Assembly: GCA_965223415.1 (NCBI GenBank) | Contig: OZ245002.1 | Location: 5,256,757 to 5,320,756, forward strand | Source of the DNA: Myxococcota bacterium | Lineage (GTDB): Bacteria; Myxococcota_A; UBA9160; UBA6930 | Length of the DNA stretch: 64,000 bases | Direction: 5' to 3' | Shown here: positions 50,939-60,600 of the stretch, piece after piece | Numbering within the stretch: the stretch's first letter is position 1 | Layout of the letters: each line of letters begins with the position of its first letter | Program-made: the position numbers and the translations under genes | Notes under the pieces: generated by a model | Told to the model about the DNA's origin: nothing | Seen by the model: only the letters and a program-made list of their open reading frames with translations | The model's database searches: none

Positions 50939-51837
50939 CGCAGGGGCGCGGCGACCTCCTCGATGAAGCGGTCGAGGGTGGCGAGCTTGGCGGGCATCGG
51001 GCCGAGGGTGAAGTCCGGCACGATCAGCTCGTCGACCCCCGCCTCCCGGTAGGCGGCGACGATCTCCCGCACCTCGTCCGCGTTGCCGACGATGGTCGGG
51101 CGGCCGATGTCACGGCCTCGCATGTTGGCCACGAAATCGGCGTCGTCCGAGAGGAAGAGCAGCGCCACCGCCGAACGCTGGATCGCGGCGGGGTCGCGGC
51201 CTACCTCCTCGCAGTGGCGATCCAGGATCGCCATCTTCTGGCGCAGCTTCTCCACATCGCCCCAGACGTTCCACTCGTCCGCCCACTTCGCGGTGATGCG
51301 CAGGGTCACCTTCTCGCCGCCGCCACCGACGAGGAGCGGAAGCGGATCCTGGAGCGGCTTCGGCTCCAGGGAGGCGGCCTCCAGCTGGTAGTGCTTGCCG
51401 TCGAAGCTCGCACTCGTCTCCGCGTAGAGCCGCTTGATCACCTGGCAGGCCTCGTCGAGACGGGCGAGCCGCTCCGGCACCGTGTAGAAGGGCACCCCGT
51501 ACTGCCGGTGCTCGTTCTCCTGCCAGCCGGCGCCCAGACCGAGCACCGCGCGGCCGCCGCTGATGTGGTCGACGGTGGCCGCCATCTTGGCGAGCACGGC
51601 CGGGTGCCGGTAGGTGTTGCCGCTCACCAGGGTGCCGAGACGGACGCGCGGCACCGAGGCCGCGAGCGCAGCCAGCGTGGTCCAGGATTCGGGCCAGGGC
51701 GCGCTCGTGTCGTCCCCGTCGGGCATGAAGTGGTCCGCGTACCAGAGGCCGTCCCAGCCGGTGGCCTCGGCGTGGTGCGCGATCTGCTGCACCTCCGCAA
51801 AGCCCTGGGTGGGCGCGGGCCAGACGCTGAATCGCAT
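50935..51837 (-). CDS. LLM-class (luciferase-like) F420/flavin-dependent oxidoreductase
   Basis: MRFSVWPAP...GWDGLWYADHF...RVRLGTLVSGNTYRHPAVLAKMAATVDHISGGRAVLGLGAGW is the typical LLM pattern. Confidence 0.88.
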   Translation of the reverse strand: MRFSVWPAPTQGFAEVQQIAHHAEATGWDGLWYADHFMPDGDDTSAPWPESWTTLAALAASVPRVRLGTLVSGNTYRHPAVLAKMAATVDHISGGRAVLGLGAGWQENEHRQYGVPFYTVPERLARLDEACQVIKRLYAETSASFDGKHYQLEAASLEPKPLQDPLPLLVGGGGEKVTLRITAKWADEWNVWGDVEKLRQKMAILDRHCEEVGRDPAAIQRSAVALLFLSDDADFVANMRGRDIGRPTIVGNADEVREIVAAYREAGVDELIVPDFTLGPMPAKLATLDRFIEEVAAPLR

Positions 51838-51858
51838 CGCTCTCCCCTCTCCCGGTGA

Positions 51859-52632
51859 TCAGCTCTTCTTGCGGAAGCTCTCGATGGTGCGGCGGACGTC
51901 GTCGGTGTTGAAGGACTCGGCCTCCGCGGCCAGGGCGAAGGGCGCCACCGCCTGGATCGCCCGCTGCACGTGGAGGTTGAGGGCCCGCTTCGTCTCCTCC
52001 ACGGCCTGCTGGGGCTGGGCGGCCAGCCGCTCCGCCAGGGCGACGGCGCGATCCAGCAGCTCCGCGTCGGGGACGGCGAAGTTCGCCAGGCCGAGCTCGA
52101 CGCAATCCGCCGCCGGGATGCGGTCGCCCGTGAGCAGGTAGTACTTCGCCTTCAGCAGGCTCGTGAGCAGCGGCCACAGGGCCGCGCCTCCGTCGCCGGC
52201 AACCAGGCCGAGGCTCACGTGGGTATCGGCCATGTACGTGCTCTCGGCGATGAGCACGAGGTCGCAGCTCACGGCGACGCTGCAGCCGAGCCCCACGGCG
52301 GGCCCGTTCACCGCGGCGACGACCGGCTTGGGGCAGGCCGCCATCGCGTCGAGCAGGCGGCGGGCGCCGCGCATGGTCTCCCGCCGGTGCTGCGGGTCCT
52401 CATAGTCCCGGACGAAGCTCGGAATGTTGCCGCCGGCGCTGAAGGCCCTGCCCGCCCCGGTCAGGACGATCGTCCGCACCGACGGATCCTGGGCGAAGTG
52501 CTCCCAGATCTCGCGCAGGCCCTCGTGCATGTCGTCGGAGAACGCATTGCGCATCTCCGGGTTGTTCAGGGTGAGCACGGCGACGGGCCCGCGGTGCTCG
52601 ACCTCGAGCTCCGGCACGGGTTGGTAGGGCAT
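51859..52632 (-). CDS. Enoyl-CoA hydratase/isomerase (crotonase) family protein
   Basis: VAVLTLNNPEMRNAF...VLTGAGRAFSAGGN...KPVVAAVNGPAVGLGCS is the crotonase fold signature. Confidence 0.9.
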   Translation of the reverse strand: MPYQPVPELEVEHRGPVAVLTLNNPEMRNAFSDDMHEGLREIWEHFAQDPSVRTIVLTGAGRAFSAGGNIPSFVRDYEDPQHRRETMRGARRLLDAMAACPKPVVAAVNGPAVGLGCSVAVSCDLVLIAESTYMADTHVSLGLVAGDGGAALWPLLTSLLKAKYYLLTGDRIPAADCVELGLANFAVPDAELLDRAVALAERLAAQPQQAVEETKRALNLHVQRAIQAVAPFALAAEAESFNTDDVRRTIESFRKKS

Positions 52633-52678
52633 GGCCTCTCCTGGATGACCGGAGCGAGGTTAGCTCGGGCGCCCCATC

Positions 52679-54073
52679 TCAGACGTGGAGCACCCGATCG
52701 AAGGCCGCCAGCACGGACTCGTGCATCGCCTCCGACACGGTCGGGTGGGGGAAGATCGTCTCCATGAGCTCGGCTTCGGTCGCTTCGAGGCCCATTGCGA
52801 TCGCGAAGCCCTGGATCATCTCGGTCACGTCCGGGCCGACCATGTGGGCGCCCAGGAGCTCGCCGCTTCCCGCGTCGAAGACGGTCTTCACCAGGCCCTC
52901 GGCGTGGCCCGTGGCGATGGCCTTGCCGTTGCCGAGCAGGGGGAAGCGGCCCACCCGGAGCGCGCGATCGCCTTCCCCGGCCTCCGCCTCCGTGAGACCG
53001 ATGCTCGCAACCTGGGGAGAGGCGTAGGTGCAGCTCGGGATCCGCTCGGTGCGGATGGGGTGCACGGACTCGCCGGCGATGTGCTCGACCACCAAGGTGC
53101 CCTCGTGGCTCGCCTTGTGGGCGAGGCAGGGCGGGCCCGCGACATCCCCGATGGCGTAGACTCCGGGCTCCGGGGTCTCGCCGAAGCGGTCGGTGCGGAG
53201 GAAGCCCCCCTCCACCTCCACCCGCGTTCCCTCGAGGCCCAGGCCTTCGGCGTTCCCGGTGACGCCCACTGAGAGGATGGCGCGCTCGAAGACGCCCTCG
53301 ACACCGCCGTCCGGCGTCTCGATCGTCGCGGCGAGGCCGCCGTCGCGGGGCTCGAGGGAGGCGAGCCGGGCCCCGGTGTGGATCACCATGCCCTCCCGCT
53401 CGAAGGCCTTGCGGGCCAGGGCCGAGATCTCCGCATCCTCTCGCGGCAGGACCTGGGGCAGCATCTCGACCACGCTGACGTCGCTGCCCAGCGCCGAGTA
53501 GAAGCTGGCGAACTCGATGCCGATCGCGCCGGAGCCGATCACCAGAAGGGACGCGGGAACCTCGGGCGGGACCATCGCCTCCCGGTAGGTCCAGATGCGC
53601 TCGCCGTCGGCCTCGATGCCCGGCAAGCCGCGCGGCCTTGCGCCCGTCGCCAGCACCACGGCGTCGCTGCGCAGCTCGCGCACGCGGCCGTCGGCGGACT
53701 CCACCGCTACGACGCCCGGAGACACGAGCCGCCCGCGACCCTCGAAGACCCGCACGCCGTTCTTCTTCATCAGGTGCGCCACGCCCCGGGAGAGCTGACT
53801 CGCCACCGAGCGCGAGCGCTTCACGAGGGCGGCCGCGTCGTAGCGCACGCCCTCGACCGCGAGACCGTACTCGGACGCCCGGCGCATCTCCCTCAGCAGG
53901 TCCGCCGTGTGCAGCAGGGACTTGGTCGGGATGCATCCCCAGTTGAGGCAGGTGCCGCCCAGGTGCTCCGCCTCGACCAGGGCGGTGGACAGGCCGAGCT
54001 GGGTGGCGCGAATCGCGGCGACGTAGCCGCCGGGCCCGCCCCCCACGAGGACGACGTCGAAGCTCTCGGACAT
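52679..54073 (-). CDS. lpdA: Dihydrolipoyl dehydrogenase (E3)
   Basis: The ATG at 54073 in listed ORF 52679..54628 gives MSESFDVVLVGGGPGGYVAAIRATQLGL...GGTCLNWGCIPTK (redox-active disulfide). Confidence 0.95.
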   Translation of the reverse strand: MSESFDVVLVGGGPGGYVAAIRATQLGLSTALVEAEHLGGTCLNWGCIPTKSLLHTADLLREMRRASEYGLAVEGVRYDAAALVKRSRSVASQLSRGVAHLMKKNGVRVFEGRGRLVSPGVVAVESADGRVRELRSDAVVLATGARPRGLPGIEADGERIWTYREAMVPPEVPASLLVIGSGAIGIEFASFYSALGSDVSVVEMLPQVLPREDAEISALARKAFEREGMVIHTGARLASLEPRDGGLAATIETPDGGVEGVFERAILSVGVTGNAEGLGLEGTRVEVEGGFLRTDRFGETPEPGVYAIGDVAGPPCLAHKASHEGTLVVEHIAGESVHPIRTERIPSCTYASPQVASIGLTEAEAGEGDRALRVGRFPLLGNGKAIATGHAEGLVKTVFDAGSGELLGAHMVGPDVTEMIQGFAIAMGLEATEAELMETIFPHPTVSEAMHESVLAAFDRVLHV

Positions 54074-54087
54074 GGGCCTACGCCTCT

Positions 54088-55509
54088 CTACACCAGCAGC
54101 CGGTAGGGGGCTTCCAGAAGGTCCCGAACCGTGCCGAGGAAGCGGGCGGCAGGCTCGCCGTCGAGCACCCGGTGGTCCCAGGTGAGCGAGAGGCGCAGGG
54201 TCCGGCGCCGCACGGGCCGGTCGCCCTCCCAACCCACGCCATCGGCGATCCGGTTGACCCCGAGGATCCCCGTCTGCGGGGGATTCAGGATGGGCGTGAA
54301 CGAGTCGACGCCGAACATGCCGAGGGTCGAGACGGTGAATGTGCCGCCGTGCATCTCGTCGAGGCCGAGGCTGCCGTCCCGAGCCGCTCCCGCGAGGCGA
54401 CTCGCCTCGCGGGCGATCGACTTGAGGTCCCGGGCGAGGGTGTCGCGGAGGACCGGAACCACGAGGCCTTCGTCGAGGGCCACGGCGATGCCGACGTGGA
54501 TCTCGGGCAGGAGCTCGATCCCGCCTTCGCCCATCCTGGAGTTCATGCGGGGATGGAGCTCGAGGGCCTTCGCCGCGGCGCGAACCACCAGGTCCGTGTA
54601 GGTGGGGCGCACGCCCTCCCGCTCCCACTCGGCGATGAGCTGCTCGCGCAGCTTCACCGCGTCATCCATCCCGACCTCCATGTCCATGGTGAGCTGGGCG
54701 GTGGTGCGCAGGCTCTGGAACATGCGCTCGCTGATGGTCTTGCGCATGCCGCGAAGCGGAATCGTCTCGCCCGCTGCGGGCCGGCCGGCCGGCGCCAGGA
54801 CGGACCGTGCGGCGGGCGACGAGGCGGCCGCCTCGACGTCGTCCTTCGTGATCCGTCCGCCGGGGCCGCGGCCGGCGACGGCGGAGAGGTCCACGCCCAG
54901 CTCCTGGGCGCGGCGCTTCGCCAGGGGCGATGCCTTGATCCGAGCCGCGGGGGCCGCGGCCGGGGGAGCCCCTGAGGGCGCGGTGGCCGCCGCGGGGGGA
55001 GCCGCTGAGGACGCGGTGGCCACCGCCGCGCGGATGTCGGCCTCGACGATGCGGCCGCCCGGTCCGCGCCCCTGGATCCCTTCCAGGGCGATGCCCAGCT
55101 CCCGGGCCAGCCGGCGCGCCGCCGGCGAGGAGAGGATGCGGCCTCCGACGCCGCGTGCGGCCGGCGCCGCCGACACGGGGGACGCCGCGGCCGCCGCGCC
55201 CTCTTCCTCGGCGACCGGCATCTCGTCCGGCGAGAGCTTCTTTCCGGCGGGCAGCACGTCGGGGATCTCCTCTCCGGGCTCGAAGATCCAACCCACGACG
55301 TCCCCGGGCTCGCAGGTAACGCCGGGCTCGACGAGGTGTCGGACGACGCCGCTGTGGTCCGCGTCGACCTCCATGTCCACCTTCTCGGTCTCGAGCCGGT
55401 AGAGGAGCTCGCCCTGCTTCACCTCGTCCCCGTCGGCCACGAACCACTCGGCAACGACGCCCTCGGTCATGGTCATGCCCACGCGGGTCAGGTAGATCTC
55501 CTTCGGCAC
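54088..55509 (-). CDS. acoC: Dihydrolipoamide acyltransferase (E2) with one lipoyl domain and two E3-binding domains
   Basis: The lipoyl-Lys motif is LETEKVDMEV. There are two PSBD-like segments (SSPAARRLARELGIALEGIQGRGPGGRI and ASPLAKRRAQELGVDLSAVAGRGPGGRI). The catalytic domain ends ...LSLTWDHRVLDGEPAARFL. Confidence 0.88.
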   Translation of the reverse strand: MPKEIYLTRVGMTMTEGVVAEWFVADGDEVKQGELLYRLETEKVDMEVDADHSGVVRHLVEPGVTCEPGDVVGWIFEPGEEIPDVLPAGKKLSPDEMPVAEEEGAAAAASPVSAAPAARGVGGRILSSPAARRLARELGIALEGIQGRGPGGRIVEADIRAAVATASSAAPPAAATAPSGAPPAAAPAARIKASPLAKRRAQELGVDLSAVAGRGPGGRITKDDVEAAASSPAARSVLAPAGRPAAGETIPLRGMRKTISERMFQSLRTTAQLTMDMEVGMDDAVKLREQLIAEWEREGVRPTYTDLVVRAAAKALELHPRMNSRMGEGGIELLPEIHVGIAVALDEGLVVPVLRDTLARDLKSIAREASRLAGAARDGSLGLDEMHGGTFTVSTLGMFGVDSFTPILNPPQTGILGVNRIADGVGWEGDRPVRRRTLRLSLTWDHRVLDGEPAARFLGTVRDLLEAPYRLLV

Positions 55510-55522
55510 TCCCGTCTCCTCG

Positions 55523-56545
55523 CTAGTCGGACGCCGGCAGTCGGAACCAGCCGCCCTCGGCCGCGCGTGCCATCACCCGATCCGCGTCGATCACCCACGG
55601 GCCCTGGCGCTCCACCCGGAGGACGGCGCACCGCCCCGCTCGCAGAACGCGCTCGCGCTCTCCGTCGAAGGCGAGGGTACCCGGCCCGCGGAGTTCGACG
55701 GCCTCCCCGAACCCGACGCTTCGCGCGGCCCGCAGATGGACCGTCTGGAAGTGCCCGGGCGCGATCGGCGCGCGGATCCCTTCGCCGCCCTCCCCCAGCT
55801 CGAGGAGGAGCGATACGTCGTCCCTTTCGCTCACCGGGTGCACCAGGCCGCCGATCGACGTGATGCCGACGCCGGCGGGATCCGCCCGGGTGAGGAGCGC
55901 CGTGCGCAGTCGGTCGCCGTCCATCAGCGCGCGGCTGCCGACGAAGCGGTCCGTGGTGAGCACCGCATCGATCAGGGCCAGGTCCGGGGCCTCGCCGTCC
56001 ACCGTCACGGTGACGAGCTTCGCCCGGCTCGCCACATCGGCGAGCCCGACCCGGCCGCAGGCCACCGCGCCGAGCGCCGCGCCGGCGACCGTCGCCTCGA
56101 CGAGCTGCGGGAACACGTTGTTGGTGCCGGTCGACACGGGCAGAAGCGGCGCGTCCGGCCAGCCCCGCACGAAGGCGCGGTTGGTGCCGTCGCCGCCCAG
56201 GGTGAGCACGGCGGCGCAGCCCGCTTCGCGCAGGGCCCGGGCGCCGTGCACGGTGTCGATCGCGCTCCCGGTCCGGGGTGCATCCACCGGCTTCGCAGCC
56301 ACCTCGCCCTCGAACTCCAGGAACGCGCTCGCGGCGATGTCGTGGCTGTCCGGGACGTAGCGGAACTCCCGAGCGCCGGCGGCGATCGCACCCACGATCG
56401 CCCGCCGCACGATCGCGTGCTTCTCCTGGTTGTCGAACACCGAGGCCCGGGCCGTGAGCCGGCGCACGTCCTTCCCGGAGGCCGGGTTGCACGCGACGCC
56501 GACGGGCCCTTCGCGGGCGACGTCCGCGGTGCCGGAGTTTGTCAC
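55523..56545 (-). CDS. acoX: ATP-NAD-kinase-fold protein, AcoX-like
   Basis: LTLGGDGTNRAF (GGDG motif) and VSTGTNNVFP are present. The gene sits inside an aco-type 2-oxoacid dehydrogenase operon, as AcoX does in known acetoin clusters. Confidence 0.75.
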   Translation of the reverse strand: MTNSGTADVAREGPVGVACNPASGKDVRRLTARASVFDNQEKHAIVRRAIVGAIAAGAREFRYVPDSHDIAASAFLEFEGEVAAKPVDAPRTGSAIDTVHGARALREAGCAAVLTLGGDGTNRAFVRGWPDAPLLPVSTGTNNVFPQLVEATVAGAALGAVACGRVGLADVASRAKLVTVTVDGEAPDLALIDAVLTTDRFVGSRALMDGDRLRTALLTRADPAGVGITSIGGLVHPVSERDDVSLLLELGEGGEGIRAPIAPGHFQTVHLRAARSVGFGEAVELRGPGTLAFDGERERVLRAGRCAVLRVERQGPWVIDADRVMARAAEGGWFRLPASD

Positions 56546-56548
56546 GAG

Positions 56549-57550
56549 CTAGACGCCGAGGAGCTCGCGCACGCTACCCGCGATGCGTTTCGCATCCGGG
56601 ACGTAGAACGCTTCGAGGGGCGGGCTGTAGGGAACCGGCGAGAAGGGGGCCCCCAGGCGGGCGACCGGGGCGTCGAGGTAGTCGAAGGCCCGCTCCTGGA
56701 TCTGGGCGGCGATCTCGGCGCCGAAGCCGCCGAAGCGGACCGCCTCGTGCACGACGAGCGCCCGGTGGGTCTTCTCCACCGACTCGATCACGGTCTCCGT
56801 GTCGAAGGGCTGGAGGGTGCGGGGATCGATCACCTCGGCCTGGATGCCCTCCCCGGCCAGGGTCTCGGCCGCGGCCAGGGCCTCGGTGCGCATCCGGCCC
56901 ATGGCGACCACGGTGACGTCGCTTCCTTCCCGCGCTACCGCTGCCTCGCCGATCGGGATCTCGTAGGCCTCCTCGGGGACCGGCCCGGTGAGGGGCAGGG
57001 ACATCTTGTTCATGATCACGAAGACCGGGTTGTCCTCGCGCACCGCCGCCAGGATCGCGCCCTTCATGTCGTAGGGCGTCGCCGGCATCATCACCTTGAG
57101 GCCCGGGAGGTGGCAGAGCCACGCCTCGAGGCTCTGGCTGTGCTGGGCGGCGAAGGACATGCCGGCCCCCGCCATCGTGAGGACGGTGACCGGCAGCTTG
57201 GCCTTCCCCCCGAACATGAAGCGCATCTTCGCCATCTGGTTCGCCACCTCGTCCATGCACTCGCCCAGGAAGTCCATGAACATGATGTCGATGATGGGTC
57301 GCAGCCCGGTCGCGGAGGCGCCGACCCCGAGACCGATGATGCCGGCCTCGGAGATGGGCGTGTCGACCACCCGCTTCTCGCCGAACTCGTCGAGGAGCCC
57401 GCGGTAGCAGCCGAAGACCGAGCCGGCGCCGGCCACATCCTCGCCGGCGAGGAAGGCCTCGGGGAACTCCTGGAGCGCCTGCCGGCAGCCCTCGGTGATG
57501 GCCAGGATGTAGGGAAGCTGGCGGGCGTCGGTATCGGTGGCGGCGGCCAT
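56549..57550 (-). CDS. acoB: 2-oxoacid (acetoin-type) dehydrogenase E1 beta subunit
   Basis: VVDTPISEAGIIGLGVGASATGLRPI...transketolase-like pyrimidine-binding and C-terminal domains are present. Confidence 0.9.
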   Translation of the reverse strand: MAAATDTDARQLPYILAITEGCRQALQEFPEAFLAGEDVAGAGSVFGCYRGLLDEFGEKRVVDTPISEAGIIGLGVGASATGLRPIIDIMFMDFLGECMDEVANQMAKMRFMFGGKAKLPVTVLTMAGAGMSFAAQHSQSLEAWLCHLPGLKVMMPATPYDMKGAILAAVREDNPVFVIMNKMSLPLTGPVPEEAYEIPIGEAAVAREGSDVTVVAMGRMRTEALAAAETLAGEGIQAEVIDPRTLQPFDTETVIESVEKTHRALVVHEAVRFGGFGAEIAAQIQERAFDYLDAPVARLGAPFSPVPYSPPLEAFYVPDAKRIAGSVRELLGV

Positions 57551-57561
57551 GGAGGATCCTC

Positions 57562-58545
57562 TCAGCTTCCCGGGCGGTAGTAGACGTCGTCGAGCAGGTT
57601 CTCGGGATCCGGGAACGGGCTGGCCTCGGCGAACTCGATGGCTTCCAGGGCTTCGCGCCGCACCCGCTCGTGAACACCGGCGGCGTCCTCCGTCGACATC
57701 ACCCCGAGCTCGACCAGGCGGGCCTCGAGCATCTGGATCGCGTCGCGCTGCTTCCAGCGTTCGACTTCGTCGTCACTGCGGTACTTGACCCCCATGCCGC
57801 GCACACCCACGTGGTCGTAGTAGCGATAGGTCTTGCACTCGAGCAGCGTGGGGCCTCCGCCGGCGCGTGCCCGCTCGACCGCTTCGCCGGCCGCTTCGTA
57901 GACCGCCAGGACGTCCATGCCGTCGACGATCACCCCGGGCATGCCGTAGCCCGCCGCTCGGTCCGCAACGTCCCGGATCGCCTGGTGCCGCGCCTGGGAG
58001 GTGTACTCGCCGTAGCCGTTGTTCTCGCACACGAACAGGCAGGGCAGCTGGTAGAGGGCGGCGATATTCGCGGCCTCGTGGAAAGCGCCCTCATTGCTCG
58101 CGCCGTCCCCGAAGAAGGTGCAGGCGACCTGGTCCGTCTCCCGGTACTTGTTGGAGAAGGCGGCGCCCACCGCGATCGGCGGGCCGCCCGCGACGATGCC
58201 GTTCGCACCGAGGATCCCGATGTCGAGGTTCGAGATGTGCATGCTGCCGCCCATGCCCTTGCAGTAGCCGGTCGAGCGGCCGTAGAGCTCGGCGTACATC
58301 TCACGGAACTTGCCGCCCTTGGCAACGAGGTGGCCGTGGCCGCGGTGGGTACTCGTGATCTGGTCGGCGTCGGTCAGGTGCGCCATCACCCCCGCGGCCA
58401 CCGCCTCCTGTCCCACGTAGAGGTGGAGCGCCCCGGGCACCTTGCCGTTCTCCATCAGCTTTCCGGCCTCCTCCTCGAAGATCCGGATGCGCACCATCCG
58501 GTCGTGGAGGTCGCGGAGCACATCGTCGCTGGGGACATTCGCCAT
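57562..58545 (-). CDS. acoA: 2-oxoacid (acetoin-type) dehydrogenase E1 alpha subunit, ThDP-dependent
   Basis: The ATG at 58545 lies in listed ORF 57562..59199. LHLYVGQEAVAAGV...STHRGHGHLVAKGG is the AcoA-type motif. GDGASNEGAFHEAANIAALYQLPCLFVCENN is the ThDP-binding motif. Confidence 0.9.
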   Translation of the reverse strand: MANVPSDDVLRDLHDRMVRIRIFEEEAGKLMENGKVPGALHLYVGQEAVAAGVMAHLTDADQITSTHRGHGHLVAKGGKFREMYAELYGRSTGYCKGMGGSMHISNLDIGILGANGIVAGGPPIAVGAAFSNKYRETDQVACTFFGDGASNEGAFHEAANIAALYQLPCLFVCENNGYGEYTSQARHQAIRDVADRAAGYGMPGVIVDGMDVLAVYEAAGEAVERARAGGGPTLLECKTYRYYDHVGVRGMGVKYRSDDEVERWKQRDAIQMLEARLVELGVMSTEDAAGVHERVRREALEAIEFAEASPFPDPENLLDDVYYRPGS

Positions 58546-58616
58546 GGTGTTCGTGCCTTCGGGAGAGTGAAGGAGGCTCGGAAGCCGCCACTCTAGCACC
58601 GCCCCGGTACCGCGGG

Positions 58617-60500
58617 TCAGGCGAGCTCGTAGTCGTCCAGGGAGGGCTCGTGGGTCATGGCCCAGTAGTCGACCAGCCGCCAGGGCGAGACCGAGAACAC
58701 CCGCCCCTTTCGGTTGCGGTAGTAGGTCGACATGCCCGGGTGGGTCCAGATGAGCTGCTCGTGCTCCGCGTCGACGCGCCGCACGTACTCGTCGTGGCGG
58801 TCGCGGCGCACCTCCGCCGCCGTGAGCCCCTGCTCGAGCATCTCCACGATGACGCCGGTGATGTAGCGGGCCTGACACTCGGACACGAAGATGGCGCTGC
58901 CCCCGTGGCCGAGGCCCGCGTTGGGGCCCAGCATCACGAAGAGGTTGGGGAAGCCAGGCACGGTGATGCCCAGGTAGGCACGCGGGTCGTCGTCGGCCCA
59001 GGCCTCGGCCAGAGCGCGATCGCCCCGGCCCCGGATGCCCAGGCGGGCCGCCATCGAGCCCATGCGGAAGCCCGTGGCCAGCACCACCACGTCCGCCGGA
59101 CGGTGCCGGCCGTCCCGGGTGACGATGCCCGTCGCGTCGAGCCGCTCGATCGAGTCGGTCACCAGCTCCACGTTCGGCCGGGTGATCGTCGTGTACCAAC
59201 CGTTGTCCAGGAGGATCCGCTTGCCGTAGGGCGGATAGGTCGGGAGGCAGGCCTCGAGGAGGTCACGTCGGTCCCCGAGCTGCGCCGCGATGTGGTCCGC
59301 CATCTCCTGGCGATGGCGGTCGTTGGTGCGGTTCATCGATCGCTCCGGATGGGGCCAGTCCGGATCCTTGCGCAGGAAGGGCAGCAGGCCGTCGCCGTAG
59401 CGCCAGAGCATCGTGAAGCGGAACCACTCCGCGTAGAAGGGCACCTCCGCCAGGAGCCACTGGCCCTCCTCGCTGATGGGGTCGTGGTAGCGGGGGATCG
59501 GACGCGCCCATTGCGGGCTCCGCTGGTAGAGGGCGAGGGAGGCGACCTGCTCGGCGATGGTGGGGGCGACCTGCATGGCCGAGGCGCCGGTTCCGATCAC
59601 CGCGACGCGCTGGCCCTCGAGCTCGAGGCCCTCGGGCCAGGCAGCCGTGTGGAAGAGCTCGCCTTCGTAGGCATCCGCCCCCTCGAGCTCGGGAAGAGCG
59701 GGCTCGCCGAACTGACCGATGGCGCTGACCAGGAAGTCACAGGAGACGGTCTCCTCGCCGTTCGGCGTCTCGAGGCGCACCTGCCACCGGGCATCGGATT
59801 CGCTCCAGCGAGCGCCGGTGACGCGAACCCCGAAGCGGATGTGGGGACGGACGCCGAGCTCCTCGGCGCTCCGCACCATGTAGTCCTGGATCTCGTCCCG
59901 AGGCGAGAAGTAGCGACTCCATCGGTAGCGGCGGCCGATGGAGAAGGAGTAGGCGTGGTTCGGCGTGTCCACCCCGCAGCCCGGGTAGCGGTTCTCGTAC
60001 CAGGTCCCGCCGACCTCCGGGTGCCGTTCGACGATCGTGTAGGGGATGCCCAGGCGTCCGAGCCTCGCGCCAAGGGCGATCCCGCTGGCTCCGGCGCCGA
60101 CGATCAGCACGCGCTTGTCCGCCGCCCCGGCCGGAGGCCCCTCCCCTTCCCAGGTGACGTCCCGGGAGGTGAAGCCGAGCTCCTCGCGCATCATCGGCGC
60201 GTACTCCTCCGGCACCCGCTCGCCGAGGCACACGCGCATCATCTCCAGCATGAGGGCGTCGCCCGGGTCGGTGACCCGCGGCTCCCGACCGGCCTCGCAG
60301 AGCAGCTCGAGAGCCGCCGCGCGGATCTCGTCCCGCACCTCGGCGGGCAGGCCCGCGTCCTCGTCGGCGATCAGCCAGACGTCGCGCTTGGGCCGGTAGG
60401 GCGGCTCGAGCCAGCGGCGGTCGCCACTCAGGTGGAAGACGACCATGAGCAGGACCCGGAGGTCGGCCTGGGCAAGGGCGGATCGCAGTCGTTCACGCAA
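58617..60500 (-). CDS. Baeyer-Villiger-type flavin monooxygenase with an N-terminal extension
   Basis: RVLIVGAGASGIALG is the FAD GxGxxG motif and GGTWYENRYPGCGVDTP is BVMO fingerprint-like. VAVIGTGASAMQ is a second dinucleotide motif. My start choice is the TTG at 60500, with GGAG 7 nt upstream. The listed start at 60614 would overlap the divergent abfA start, and an ATG at 60446 is a later alternative. Confidence 0.82.
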   Translation of the reverse strand: MRERLRSALAQADLRVLLMVVFHLSGDRRWLEPPYRPKRDVWLIADEDAGLPAEVRDEIRAAALELLCEAGREPRVTDPGDALMLEMMRVCLGERVPEEYAPMMREELGFTSRDVTWEGEGPPAGAADKRVLIVGAGASGIALGARLGRLGIPYTIVERHPEVGGTWYENRYPGCGVDTPNHAYSFSIGRRYRWSRYFSPRDEIQDYMVRSAEELGVRPHIRFGVRVTGARWSESDARWQVRLETPNGEETVSCDFLVSAIGQFGEPALPELEGADAYEGELFHTAAWPEGLELEGQRVAVIGTGASAMQVAPTIAEQVASLALYQRSPQWARPIPRYHDPISEEGQWLLAEVPFYAEWFRFTMLWRYGDGLLPFLRKDPDWPHPERSMNRTNDRHRQEMADHIAAQLGDRRDLLEACLPTYPPYGKRILLDNGWYTTITRPNVELVTDSIERLDATGIVTRDGRHRPADVVVLATGFRMGSMAARLGIRGRGDRALAEAWADDDPRAYLGITVPGFPNLFVMLGPNAGLGHGGSAIFVSECQARYITGVIVEMLEQGLTAAEVRRDRHDEYVRRVDAEHEQLIWTHPGMSTYYRNRKGRVFSVSPWRLVDYWAMTHEPSLDDYELA

Positions 60501-60600
60501 AGAGGGGCTCCGGACTCCGCGGGCCAGCGAGCTATACAGCCAGGAGCTTCCGCCTGTCAAACCGGCTTCCCACCCGAGACCCGCACCGGAGCCCCTGGGC

